Sequence record: NZ_CP118102.1
Strand: one strand, 5' to 3'
Length of the DNA: 64,000 nucleotides
DNA from: a plasmid
Under the pieces are notes generated by a model, which searched no databases, was not told where the DNA came from, and saw only the letters and a program-made list of their open reading frames with translations. The position numbers and the translations under genes were made by a program. This document shows, piece by piece, positions 39,344 to 49,851 of this stretch; position 1 is the first letter of the stretch, and each line of letters starts with the position of its first letter.

Positions 39344-39626
39344 GTGCCCTAAGGAGGCAATAAAAATGATAAAAAAGGTTTCGATTCAGCTTAACCGGAG
39401 CCTAATTTGTGGTGGGGTAGCGATCGTTGATAAGAATGGTAGCGACGCTTGCATCTTCTTTGATGTTGTGAAATCCAATCCCATGAAAGTGATTGTTGGC
39501 AATCGTGGGAAGGAAGTACCTGAAAACGAGGCAGATGTCTATGAGCACACACTTCTAGAGCTCTTTGCAAAGCATAATGTGCCCCTGCAGCTAGGTACTT
39601 ACCTTGTTCAAACCCATGCGCTATAG
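39342..39626 (+). CDS. hypothetical protein (first gene of a 3-gene operon)
   Basis: 94 aa with an RBS 'aaggagg'. Confidence 0.35.
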   Translation: MCPKEAIKMIKKVSIQLNRSLICGGVAIVDKNGSDACIFFDVVKSNPMKVIVGNRGKEVPENEADVYEHTLLELFAKHNVPLQLGTYLVQTHAL

Positions 39627-39641
39627 AGAGGAGTAATATAT

Positions 39642-39983
39642 ATGCGAAAATTCAGTCGTAAACCCATCTGCCTGCTTATGAATCTTGGTGGCTTTGAAAC
39701 ACGTATCGATGAGCTCATAAATAAGGCATCCCGCATTGGAGAGATTGTTTATTCTCTCACAGGTGAAGGTATTGTTCCTTTTTCCACTCGAGGAATAGTT
39801 CCTGTGAATGTGATGACCTTATCTCCTGGTGAACTTCATGTATGGTCTTCACTGATCAATGAGCAGCTGCAAGAGCAGGGTATGAGTGTTGAGAACGTCG
39901 TCATCCTAGCTGCAGGACGTAAATATTGTGGAGTACTTCCATTAGGCACTATCGTCTATGAAGGCTTCAGGATAGGAGCGTGA
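39642..39983 (+). CDS. hypothetical protein
   Basis: 113 aa with an RBS 'agaggag'. Tightly packed with its neighbouring genes. Confidence 0.35.
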   Translation: MRKFSRKPICLLMNLGGFETRIDELINKASRIGEIVYSLTGEGIVPFSTRGIVPVNVMTLSPGELHVWSSLINEQLQEQGMSVENVVILAAGRKYCGVLPLGTIVYEGFRIGA

Positions 39984-39986
39984 GTT

Positions 39987-40550
39987 ATGCAGCTGCTAAG
40001 TATTGCATTTAAGTGGCATGCTGAAGCACCTATCGATGCTGTTCTCCCCATTTTAAAGCTTGCAGGATTCACGCCAAGTAAGAAAAATATTTGGTACCGT
40101 TCCGTCGGTTTACACAAGCTTGAAATTGAGGCGCGTGTGCGAATGAATAATCCAGAGAGGTCTTATTTCTGGATTCGGTGGGTAAGCGCTAAGGGAGTCG
40201 TAGATAAGGGTCCATTGGAACGTCTGTTGAATGATTGGTTTTTTACACTCAACAGCCACGTCAACATAACGGTCAACTGGCTTCAGGTCAAAGTAGATAC
40301 CAATGACTTTAAGCCTCCGTTATCTGGCTACAAGGAAAATGTCCCTACAATTTGGGTCAAGGCGGAAAAGCAGATCCGATTATCTTTCTATCCAATCCTA
40401 GGTCACTATCATTTTGAGGCTAGGAACAGCGATATTCGGCTACCCATTCCACATAATCGTTTTTCACTATGGATCGATGAGCTTAAGCATAATTTGCTTG
40501 GACATCAGCGTCCAGATGATCAAATCACTTTTGACCTGAACGTAGGATAA
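39987..40550 (+). CDS. hypothetical protein
   Basis: 187 aa. Starts 4 nt after the upstream stop codon. Confidence 0.35.
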   Translation: MQLLSIAFKWHAEAPIDAVLPILKLAGFTPSKKNIWYRSVGLHKLEIEARVRMNNPERSYFWIRWVSAKGVVDKGPLERLLNDWFFTLNSHVNITVNWLQVKVDTNDFKPPLSGYKENVPTIWVKAEKQIRLSFYPILGHYHFEARNSDIRLPIPHNRFSLWIDELKHNLLGHQRPDDQITFDLNVG

Positions 40551-40765
40551 AGAGAAGCATTTTGGGAACGCTTAGCTGCGTTACCCGCCGGAGGCAATAA
40601 ATAAAAACTCAATTAATGTGAGGAGGGAGCCCCTCTGCCGCAACAATGGTGAGGGCTCTTGTCCTCAGTTGCGGTAAGGGCAGATATATATGAATAACAA
40701 AGTAAACCTTATGAGACTTCAACGGATTTATAACCGCAGGAAGCAGCTAAAAAAGTATACCGTCA

Positions 40766-41521
40766 TTGGAAAACTTTTGTCACGCTAATAAGGGAGGAGT
40801 AATAGAAATGTCGTATTCGGTCTTAAACCAATCCGCTGTTAAAGAAGCCAGAAGCGTCTATTTTCATAGTTGTGACGTAAGTCGGCTCTCAGTTAAGGAT
40901 TTACTGATAGTTATCCTTGAGCCGATCGTGAAAAGCCGATCCATCTCTGCTGTAGTAGATGATATCCTGCAGAATGGGCTGCCATATCTCGGAACCTTAT
41001 CCGAGTTTGAATTATCGGTTCTTTTCGATCTGAACGAGAAACAGAGTTTCCAGTTGATGTCGATCTTTGAGTTGGCAAAGCGCATGAATACTTCTGTTGC
41101 TACTGAAGAGGTCATCATTCGATCTCCTGTAGACGCGAGATATGCCGTTCAAGATCTTAAATATTTGGATCGTGAACATTTCGTTACCCTTTATCTTAAC
41201 ACTAAGAACCGAGTGATTGGTCGTGAGACGGTATCTATCGGATCTTTGAATGCAACTTTAGTACATCCAAGAGAAGTATTTAAAGGGGCAATTCGAAAAG
41301 GTGCAGCGAGTGTTATTTTCGCTCATAACCATCCAAGTGGTAATCCTGAACCTAGCATAGAGGACATCAGCCTTACTGAAAGAATGGTGGAAGCCGGCGT
41401 AATCATAGGTATTGATGTACTGGACCATATAATCATTGGTGGAGATAAATATTACAGCATGAAGGAGAAAGGCAGACTTCCTATTCTTAAAGAAGCAAGT
41501 AATAAAGGAAGTATTGTTTGA
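40766..41521 (+). CDS. radC: RadC-family JAB/MPN domain protein
   Basis: 251 aa. 'VIFAHNHPSGNPEPSIEDISLT' is the RadC HxHPSG metalloprotease-like motif. Confidence 0.8.
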   Translation: MENFCHANKGGVIEMSYSVLNQSAVKEARSVYFHSCDVSRLSVKDLLIVILEPIVKSRSISAVVDDILQNGLPYLGTLSEFELSVLFDLNEKQSFQLMSIFELAKRMNTSVATEEVIIRSPVDARYAVQDLKYLDREHFVTLYLNTKNRVIGRETVSIGSLNATLVHPREVFKGAIRKGAASVIFAHNHPSGNPEPSIEDISLTERMVEAGVIIGIDVLDHIIIGGDKYYSMKEKGRLPILKEASNKGSIV

Positions 41522-41652
41522 TGGAAGAGTCTTAAGAGATCCCGATTTAAGGCGGATTAGCTCATTGCTTACATAAAAAGGGCAGAGCGATGAAGCTCCT
41601 CCCTTTTTTCCATCATAAATAAATTAAATACACTAATTGGAGGATATAAAAA

Positions 41653-42033
41653 ATGAGTATACTCGAAAATGCAAAAGTGATTGATACGTATTCCCGTGCC
41701 AATGCGTTAGCTGATGGATTTCTAGTTGATGTAAGCCATCTTGCTAAAGAGGTCGGTATAAAGTATCCAGTTCATATGAAACGAAATGTGTGGGATTCAA
41801 TGATTGTTCCTGATCAAACCGCTATTATTAACGGCGAGAGCGAAAAAGGGAGACTTTGGGATTGCTTGTGGATGTTTCGCATAGCAATCTCGAGCCAAAG
41901 TGGATCGATCGTACATTTTAAATTCATAGCCACTTTTGATGGAGCTGATAGATATGTATCAGTTAAAGCAATTTGTGGTCCCGGGGATAACCTCGAACCG
42001 GTGATTACTATTCTTTTTCCTGATGAGGATTAA
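41653..42033 (+). CDS. hypothetical protein
   Basis: 126 aa with an RBS 'ggaggat'. Confidence 0.35.
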   Translation: MSILENAKVIDTYSRANALADGFLVDVSHLAKEVGIKYPVHMKRNVWDSMIVPDQTAIINGESEKGRLWDCLWMFRIAISSQSGSIVHFKFIATFDGADRYVSVKAICGPGDNLEPVITILFPDED

Positions 42034-42293
42034 GTGATACCACACTAAAGAGGCATAACGATGAATTCGAGGCAGATAATTCATGTCATTGGTGAGACCC
42101 TGCCTCCCCTTTAATCTATAAGGTGATTTATCATCTGAAATATTAATCACTTGATATAGATAGATTTATAGTGGAACCTGGGGAAGAACTACCTTTGCTA
42201 TGTAAAGACGAGGGGTACATTAAATTACGACCCCGTAACACTGGCAGATTCTAATAAAAATCAACCGATAAATGGTATACTACCTATGAAAGG

Positions 42294-43469
42294 ATGGTTG
42301 TTGTGGATAATAGAGAGAATGAAAATCTTGATGATTTGATAGGAGATTCTAGATACATTCCCTTTTTACATCGTACGAGGGAATCTAACACGTCTCTGAC
42401 TGTGAAATGGATAGTTAACTTCTTGGCAAGTGTAGTTCAAATGGTTAACATCCCTTTTTTCTTTTTCCTTCTTTTAATTGCAGTTGAACAAGTCGGCCAA
42501 CAATTAAACTCTTCATTCACTATACCTTACAAGATTTTTTTTGCTCTTGGTCTTTTAATATTATTAGTTCTTGGTGAATATTTAGTACAGAGGACTCGAA
42601 AGAACATGGTTAGTCCCAGTGTTAACCTAATATGGTTTATGAACTTTAAGGGGCCTCTAAACAACCACTTTTATTCAGCAGAAAAGTCCCAAGAGTATAG
42701 TGCAAGTTTAGGTGACTTTGTGAAATATCAAGCTGACGAGTACATAAGCCAAGGGATTAAAGAGACAGAGCACAAGCTGATTCGTATGACTGAAGTCGTG
42801 CAGCAACTGAGCAATTTAGGATCCTTCCCTAATGAGACATTTGAATCCTTGAAACGTGTTATTGATATGATTGGGGACATGATGCTGAACCCAGCGAGCC
42901 CGAGAAATTCTTACTATGTTGTTTTAGACCGTATTCTAGCTGAAATAGCAAGTACGAAACCGATACAGCCTTATATCAAGCAGGGATCGATTATGTTGCT
43001 AGACGATACTAGGCACTTATCAATAGCTGGTGGTTTCCATCTGCATAATAATTCTATTCAAAACCGTAAGATCCCGTATGGTGAAAAGTTTGCTGGTAAG
43101 GTTGTAGCCGGTGGCGATGTAATTTGGGTGGATGATGTAAATAATATAGAAGCTCAAGCGCTTTACGGTTTTAAGAGTGATCAAAATCGACCATACACAG
43201 GAATTATGGGATACCCTATGCGAGAGACTGGTTTAGATAGCTATCAGCCAGTTGGTGTAATTGTGCTGCATCTTTCAGAGGATATAAGCAAACTCTTAGA
43301 AGAGGAGAGAAAAGTAGTTTCCAAAACGCTTGAAGTCTATTCCCAAGCAATAATAACTACTATAAAACTTAATAAGTATTATATACAGAGAATGATTCAA
43401 TATGGTATAGTTGGTTTAGAAGAGATTACCACTAGTTTAGAAGGAGGCGACACGAATGATGACAATTAA
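42294..43469 (+). CDS. membrane protein with C-terminal GAF-like domain
   Basis: 391 aa. Two transmembrane helices at aa 40-100. The C-terminal 'GKVVAGGDVIWVDDV...GYPM...GVIVLH' is GAF-like. Confidence 0.3.
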   Translation: MVVVDNRENENLDDLIGDSRYIPFLHRTRESNTSLTVKWIVNFLASVVQMVNIPFFFFLLLIAVEQVGQQLNSSFTIPYKIFFALGLLILLVLGEYLVQRTRKNMVSPSVNLIWFMNFKGPLNNHFYSAEKSQEYSASLGDFVKYQADEYISQGIKETEHKLIRMTEVVQQLSNLGSFPNETFESLKRVIDMIGDMMLNPASPRNSYYVVLDRILAEIASTKPIQPYIKQGSIMLLDDTRHLSIAGGFHLHNNSIQNRKIPYGEKFAGKVVAGGDVIWVDDVNNIEAQALYGFKSDQNRPYTGIMGYPMRETGLDSYQPVGVIVLHLSEDISKLLEEERKVVSKTLEVYSQAIITTIKLNKYYIQRMIQYGIVGLEEITTSLEGGDTNDDN

Positions 43470-44042
43470 ATGGCCTGTTCAGGAGGAGAAAAAGAAAGAT
43501 TCTGTAATTACTCGATATCCTGCAGATGCACGTGTCGAACCTAGTAGGGATATAAACAAACTTGTTAAAGAAATTCTCTCCGGTGATAAACCTAAGAGAA
43601 AACAAATTTGGAAATTTTAAAAAAATATCAGAACGGTTGTCGATTATCGGCAGCCGTTTTTTTGATAGATTAATAGTATAAAACCCTTCAGGCCGGACAT
43701 GCTGATAGATAACGCATTTCGGCTGGAGGTATTGGATATGGGTAAATGGTTTAAAAAACAAAAAAGCGTTATTACAAAGATACCTGTTGGAGAAAGAGTT
43801 GGCCCGACTAAAGAGCTACAAGAGATCATGAAGAAGGCTGAGAAAATCTTAGGTAAAAAGATTAATGGAGATAAGAATAGGCGGTGATTGGAACATGCAA
43901 AATGGAAGAGTTATACCCTTCACTAAGGAGCCTAAAAGGGTGAGGTTCTTAACCCAGCAAGAGATCACGAGAGCAAATCAGACGAAGAGAGAAGATGTTT
44001 TGAGAAAGTTAGATGAGAAAGACAACAACGTAAAATATAATG

Positions 44043-44085
44043 AAAAAAAACACTAAAGGTGTACGGGAACGTACACTTTTTTTGT
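44043..44085 (+). terminator. terminator-like hairpin, copy A of a 43-bp direct repeat
   Basis: 'ctaaagGTGTACGggaaCGTACACtttttttgtgtctcctttt'. Nearly identical to 49544-49589. Confidence 0.55.
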
Positions 44086-44469
44086 GTCTCCTTTTCGGCC
44101 TAAATGTGTAATAAGTCGACGATTTGAACTGTTAGTAACGAGAGGAATTTCCATTGGAACTTTAGTAACTTATTGGAATTCATCTAAAAAAGTATTAAAA
44201 TAAATCTATTGTCCTAAGTGGCGAGATTAGAGATAACATTTTTTTAAAAAAACTACTTCATTTTACTCCATTTGAACTCCAGCTAATTTGAAAGTGCTAC
44301 TTTTGTCCTTAAATAAAGAACGCTATATTCTCGAAATATGAATCCGGAAAGTGCTAAATTACCATTACCAACTGATGATGTTACCGAAAATAAAAAAACA
44401 TAAACTAAGATAGTATTAAAATATCAAACTAGATATTACAAGCAGTCTACTCTACTAGGAGGTATTGTT

Positions 44470-46244
44470 TTGAAACTTATAAGTCTAGAGATAGAGAATT
44501 TTCGAAACTTTGGTGAAGTGAAAATAAGTTTAACAAATCAAAATGTTATTTTTGGGATGAATGATGTAGGAAAAACCAATTTCATGTTCGCATTAAGATT
44601 CTTGCTAGATAAAGAAATTAGAAAGAATGGCTTTATGATTTCCGATTACTATAAGAATAACATTGAGGAAATTATTAGGATTACATTAGGAGTAGACTTG
44701 TCAGATCGAGAAAATAATGATGATTCAAAACATATTATATCAAAAGTTGGCGGAGCTCGGTCTAGCGATGAATTAGATAAGTTTTATTTTCAAATTGAGG
44801 GTGTTTATGATAAGAGTGAAGAGATTGGAATACCGAAAATGTACTGGGGAAACAATCTAGAAAAACTCATAGAGATTGGTCATAATGGATATTTTAGTAT
44901 CATCGACAATTTATTCAAAGTTGTATATGTCGATCCTGTCATTGATTTAGAAAAAACTTTTTCGAAAAATCGAACTAGATTGTTTAATCAAGCAAAACTG
45001 GATGATTCGGATATAGAAATTTCAAATCAAATTAAGGAATTAGCTAATTTACTGAACACCAAAATAAGTAGTATGAGCTTAATTCAATCTTTTCAAACGA
45101 CTATTACTGAAGAATATAAAAAGTTGAAGAACGAGCATATAAACATTGAAATGAAGTCAGAATTATCTATAAGCGGGTATTTTAGCAATCTAATACCATA
45201 TATTAAAAGAGACAATGATGATAATATTTATCCAACTTCAGGTGATGGTAGAAAAAAAATATTAGCATATTCTATATTAAATCACTTAATACAGTTACAA
45301 GAAGGAAATAAAATAATAATTTATTTAATTGAAGAACCAGAAAATAGCCTACATAGATCTATGCAAATAGCACTCTCTAAGCAATTATTCAATTCAAAAG
45401 TATATAATTATTTTTTCTTATCAACACATTCATCGGAATTACTGTATGAAATGGATAATGCCTCTTTGATAAGGGTGTATTCGCAAAGTGGTACTCTTTG
45501 TGAATCTTATATTTATCATGTTGACGAGGAATATAAAAACGTAAAAAGGAACTAAATCGTTCTTTGGCAACAGCTTTATTTGCAGATAAAGTATTACTTG
45601 TAGAAGGACCCTCGGAGAAAGTGTTATTTGAAAAAATATTAGAGGAAGTACATCCTACTTATGAGTTAGATGGGGGATTTTTATTAGATGTTAGTGGAAT
45701 TAAGTTTAAGCCATACGTAGAGGTATTGCGTGGATTAAATATTACCGTTTTTGTTAAAACGGATAATGATCTAAAGTCTAAAAGAAATCAACCCAAGATA
45801 TTTGATTTAATAGGTATCCAGAGGTGCTTGAACCTTCTGGAGGCTACTGAAGAAGAGAAAGACCCCATAGAACCGATTGAAATTGATTACTACACAGAAA
45901 ACGAGGATGGAAAAAAAGTTTTTAAACAAAAAGGAAAAGACCAACTGATTAAAACGAAGAAACTCGAACTTTTCAAACAATATAAATCTGAAATTCAGTT
46001 AATGAAAGATAACGGTATATACCTATCAAAAATTGATTTAGAACATGACCTGTATGAAGCCATCGGTGGGACAATGGAGACAGCATTAGGTTCTGATCCG
46101 ATAAAATATCTACAGGATCATAAACTAATTAATATGATAGAACTAACAAATCATCTATCGAAAGATGATTGTATCAATATTATCAAACACCCCTTATTTG
46201 AAGCCTTAAGAAAGTTGGTGTCAGATGAGATCGAGATTGGTTGA
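44470..46244 (+). pseudogene. gajA: Gabija GajA (OLD-family ATPase + Toprim nuclease) interrupted by a frameshift in an A-tract
   Basis: ORF 44470-45555 is the ABC-type ATPase half ('IFGMNDVGKTNFMFALRFLLDKEIRKNGF', Walker B 'IIYLIEEPENSLH'). ORF 45564-46244 is the Toprim half ('KVLLVEGPSEKVLFEKIL', 'KTDNDLKS'). Reading through 'aaaaacgtaaaaagg' (45535-45550) in the +1 frame gives a continuous 'EYKNVKRKELNRSLATALFADKVLLVEG'. Confidence 0.7.
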
Positions 46245-47754
46245 TCAGGAAGCTAGAGATAAAATACTAGAAGATGATAACAGTATTCTAGTATCGGCAA
46301 GCGCTGGTTCTGGTAAAACTACAATTATGGTACAGAAAATGGGCATAGAATTAAGTAAAATAACTGACCATAAAACAATTGCTGCTATTACTTTTACCGT
46401 TAAGGCAACAGAGGAAATAAAAAGGAAAGCTCAACAATCTATAAAGAAACCATTTGTAGTTATGACAAACGATTCATTTATCGAAAATGAAATAACAAGA
46501 CCATTTCTTAAAGATGCATTTGGATCTGAATACTCAGAGGATTATTCTGTTGAATATGGAAACAGATATAAGTTTACTGTTGCTTCAGAAGGTCTTATGC
46601 AAATCAAACAGAGAAAGATTTTGGGAACTTTTTTTGACAACAAAAAAAATTTTAAATTTAAACTTGCCCTTGCAATAATAAGTAAATCTGTAGCTGCACA
46701 GGAATATATTAAATCAAAATATGCAACTATTTTTATAGACGAATATCAAGATTCAGATCAAGATATGCATCGGTTTTTCATGTACTTAAAAAACGAGCTG
46801 AAAATAAAAATCTTTATAGTCGGAGATGCGAAACAGGCCATCTATATGTGGCGTGGAGCAATGAGTAATATCTTTGAACTCCTTAGCAAAGAAAGATTTA
46901 GTTGTTATGAGCTCGTGACAAACTTCAGATGTCATAAAGACATTGAAAACTACGCTAATATCTTTCATAACCCACAATACTTTAACATACAAAAAGATAC
47001 CGTTCATAATGTTATTCTGAAAAATTATCAATCTAGATATATTAATGAGTTCCCAGAGTCATTTACACAATTGATTGATGATGATTTTATTGATCTAAAT
47101 AAAGAAATAGCCATAATCTCAAATATTAATAGAGACGCAAAAAAAATCGCAGAGTTGTTAAATGAAAAAGGGTTCGATTTCGTTTTTGTTCCTAAAACTC
47201 CAATTGATGAAGGATTACCTAATGGATTTCTATTGAAAGAGTTGGCTATGTTTACTAAAAACACTGCTTATACAATTTATGATTTCATGGAAAAAGTAGG
47301 GGGTGAAGAACGAAGCCAGAGAAGAGTAGAGATAAATAAAATCATTGGTGACTTAAAGAACAAAGATAATTTAATTAAAAGTAAAATAGGAGAAATAATA
47401 AACAACCTAGGTGTTTTTTTAGGACTTTCGATTGGTATTGATGAGGTAACAAAGTTTTATGAAAGTGTAAGCGACCCACAGTTTGACATGGCCTTTCAAA
47501 TGAGGGATAAGAAACACAAAGTTATGACAGTATTTGGGTCAAAAGGGCTTGAATTTGATCAAGTAATTAGTTTCACTCGTTATTATGAAATCTATAACAA
47601 TACAAATATGCAAAATCATTATGTCTGTGTAACAAGAGCAAAGGAGAAATTTGTAATGTTTGTAGATGATGTAAATTATCATAAACATGTATTAAGCTCA
47701 GCAACGAAACACGGACTGACCAATGCAGAGAAGTTGTTTAAATACATCGAATAA
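46225..47754 (+). CDS. gajB: Gabija GajB (UvrD/PcrA-like superfamily 1 helicase)
   Basis: 509 aa. Motif I 'ILVSASAGSGKTT' and motif II 'IFIDEYQDSDQ'. Overlaps the gajA 3' end by 20 nt. Confidence 0.8.
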   Translation: MRSRLVDQEARDKILEDDNSILVSASAGSGKTTIMVQKMGIELSKITDHKTIAAITFTVKATEEIKRKAQQSIKKPFVVMTNDSFIENEITRPFLKDAFGSEYSEDYSVEYGNRYKFTVASEGLMQIKQRKILGTFFDNKKNFKFKLALAIISKSVAAQEYIKSKYATIFIDEYQDSDQDMHRFFMYLKNELKIKIFIVGDAKQAIYMWRGAMSNIFELLSKERFSCYELVTNFRCHKDIENYANIFHNPQYFNIQKDTVHNVILKNYQSRYINEFPESFTQLIDDDFIDLNKEIAIISNINRDAKKIAELLNEKGFDFVFVPKTPIDEGLPNGFLLKELAMFTKNTAYTIYDFMEKVGGEERSQRRVEINKIIGDLKNKDNLIKSKIGEIINNLGVFLGLSIGIDEVTKFYESVSDPQFDMAFQMRDKKHKVMTVFGSKGLEFDQVISFTRYYEIYNNTNMQNHYVCVTRAKEKFVMFVDDVNYHKHVLSSATKHGLTNAEKLFKYIE

Positions 47755-47977
47755 CACTTTAGTGAAACCACTTCTAATTTTATGACTCAAAAAAGAAAAA
47801 TCGTACAATGTGTTCCGATCAAGTCAAACCATAGAATTAACAGTCTGCATATATGTCCTGGATTATTTAATACAATGAATAGTTTTGATATTTAAGGAGT
47901 AGAGGTATCTTTACTCCACTTCTGCCTCTCGAACAAACAATATAGTAATGATCAGCATAGGAAAAGAGGATTGACGT

Positions 47978-49303
47978 ATGGACTTAGGTATGTACGAAAA
48001 AGATTTAATAAATATACGTTTGATTCTAGAACAAACTGAACAGATTGATCACCAAACTATAATTGAGAAATATAGAAATTACTCCCGTAAAGGTGCAATT
48101 ACATGTCCTTTTTGTGGAGAAAAATTAAAATTAAGGGCAGGAGAGATTAGAGATATACACTTCAGTCACCCAGTCGGCAAAACATGTATGAAAGCAAAAG
48201 CATACGATACATACCAAAGACAAACTTTTAGAGAAAATGAAAAACACTCCGTTATGAAGGAAATCATTTATACAGAACTTAAGGGACAAGAGCGATTTAA
48301 AAATGACCTTAAAGTTGAGTATGGTTACTTGGAAAAGGCAGAAGAAAAATGGAACATATATCCAGATATATATTTAAAGAAGGGAGATCGGGAGTTTGCG
48401 CTAAATATTATAACTAACATACAACAAATAGGAGATGAAAAAGTAGTAAATAATATTCACCGTAGAAATAGTTATTTTAAAAATAAAGGGTTAGAGATTA
48501 TATGGTTTATTGAAGAAAGAGAACTAGCAGATGATTTTGTTAATCGGGTGCTTCATCTATGGGAAGCAGAATATAATCTAGCTATGAAAACACGAGAGGA
48601 CCATATTTGGGATGAACATATTAGAGAACTTTCACTAAAATATCCCGAATATAAACTACCTGAAGTTTTCGGTTATAAATCTCAGAATGAAGCATTGCCG
48701 TTAGAGGTGCATAGTCTTTATTATATACGCTCCTTACAAGAGGGAATGGAGTTTACTGTACATCGCCTTATATTAGATAACAAAATAGCTCCTTTTCGAG
48801 CTTTTGCCTTAACAAAAAGCTACCCTTTGAAACTATCTTATGCCTTGAGCATCGACACAGAGATTTCTCTTAGTGATAAAGAACAAGAAAACTTAAATAG
48901 AAAGGAATTTGAAGAAGAGTTTATAGATAAAATCAATAATCAGATCACCAATGATAATTATGTCGGATATTCAGATTTATCAGAGTTTTCTTTCTCTTCT
49001 GTAAATTTTAATCCGTATGAACGTACAGTTATATCAGACGAAGCAACTCGTAAAATAATTCAAGAAGATGAATTAGAAAACAAAAGAGAATCACATAATC
49101 CGGATTACTACCTTAAACAAATTATAAATTTTACTATAACTGATGAAGAAGCAAGACATTTTTACGAAGGATTAGCAAGCCGACATGTAGATTTAGCTAC
49201 TCATAATTTACGATTAGATAATATTTGTAATGCTATAGAGTCTTTTAGTTCTTTTTGTAATAATGAAGCGAGAGTGTGGTTGGATAAGATCCTACGTTTG
49301 TAG
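47978..49303 (+). CDS. CoiA-like family protein
   Basis: 441 aa. 'ITCPFCGEKLKLRAGEIRDIHFSHPVGKTC' matches the CoiA N-terminal Zn-finger/'HFAH' signature (CPxCxxxLxL...HFxH). Confidence 0.5.
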   Translation: MDLGMYEKDLINIRLILEQTEQIDHQTIIEKYRNYSRKGAITCPFCGEKLKLRAGEIRDIHFSHPVGKTCMKAKAYDTYQRQTFRENEKHSVMKEIIYTELKGQERFKNDLKVEYGYLEKAEEKWNIYPDIYLKKGDREFALNIITNIQQIGDEKVVNNIHRRNSYFKNKGLEIIWFIEERELADDFVNRVLHLWEAEYNLAMKTREDHIWDEHIRELSLKYPEYKLPEVFGYKSQNEALPLEVHSLYYIRSLQEGMEFTVHRLILDNKIAPFRAFALTKSYPLKLSYALSIDTEISLSDKEQENLNRKEFEEEFIDKINNQITNDNYVGYSDLSEFSFSSVNFNPYERTVISDEATRKIIQEDELENKRESHNPDYYLKQIINFTITDEEARHFYEGLASRHVDLATHNLRLDNICNAIESFSSFCNNEARVWLDKILRL

Positions 49304-49537
49304 CCTCGAACTTTTTGTGAGGCTACATTTACATCACTGTATTTTTTGGGCTAGGATCCATGCAAAAAGACGGAAAAGTATCAATATGTAATCGTTTCTA
49401 TTGCATCTTTACTTTCAGCTTTTCGTTACTATATAATTAGCATATTGTTTAGTAACATTCTTATTTTTCTTGCCGTCAATTTCGGCGAGAATAGGTCATG
49501 CAGCTTCTGCTGTTCTATAAACATTTGTACTTTTTAA

Positions 49538-49589
49538 GGAGACGCTAAAGTGTACGGGAGACGTACGCTTTTTTTGCGTCTCTTTTTTT
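49538..49589 (+). terminator. terminator-like hairpin, copy B of the 43-bp direct repeat
   Basis: 'GGAGACGCtaaagtGTACGggagaCGTACgctttttttGCGTCTCttttttt'. A nested hairpin plus a T-run. Confidence 0.55.
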
Positions 49590-49851
49590 GTGCAAAAAAG
49601 GAGGAATGAAGATTATGATCTGTGCTGCTCCCACAACTGATCAGTTCTACTGGGTGTTTCGCGAATAATGAGTTAGAGCGATACATCGTGCTATCAGATG
49701 AGGAATTGGGAAGCTCTCATTCACTGCGCTGGGAGATGATAAACGAAGGATTCCATGTATTATGGGACTCTTCCCGTAGTCGTAAACAAGCAATCCGGTA
49801 TATGGAGCTTTACTATCCTATCCCGATTATAAAAAGTTTGAAGCCGTTCCT

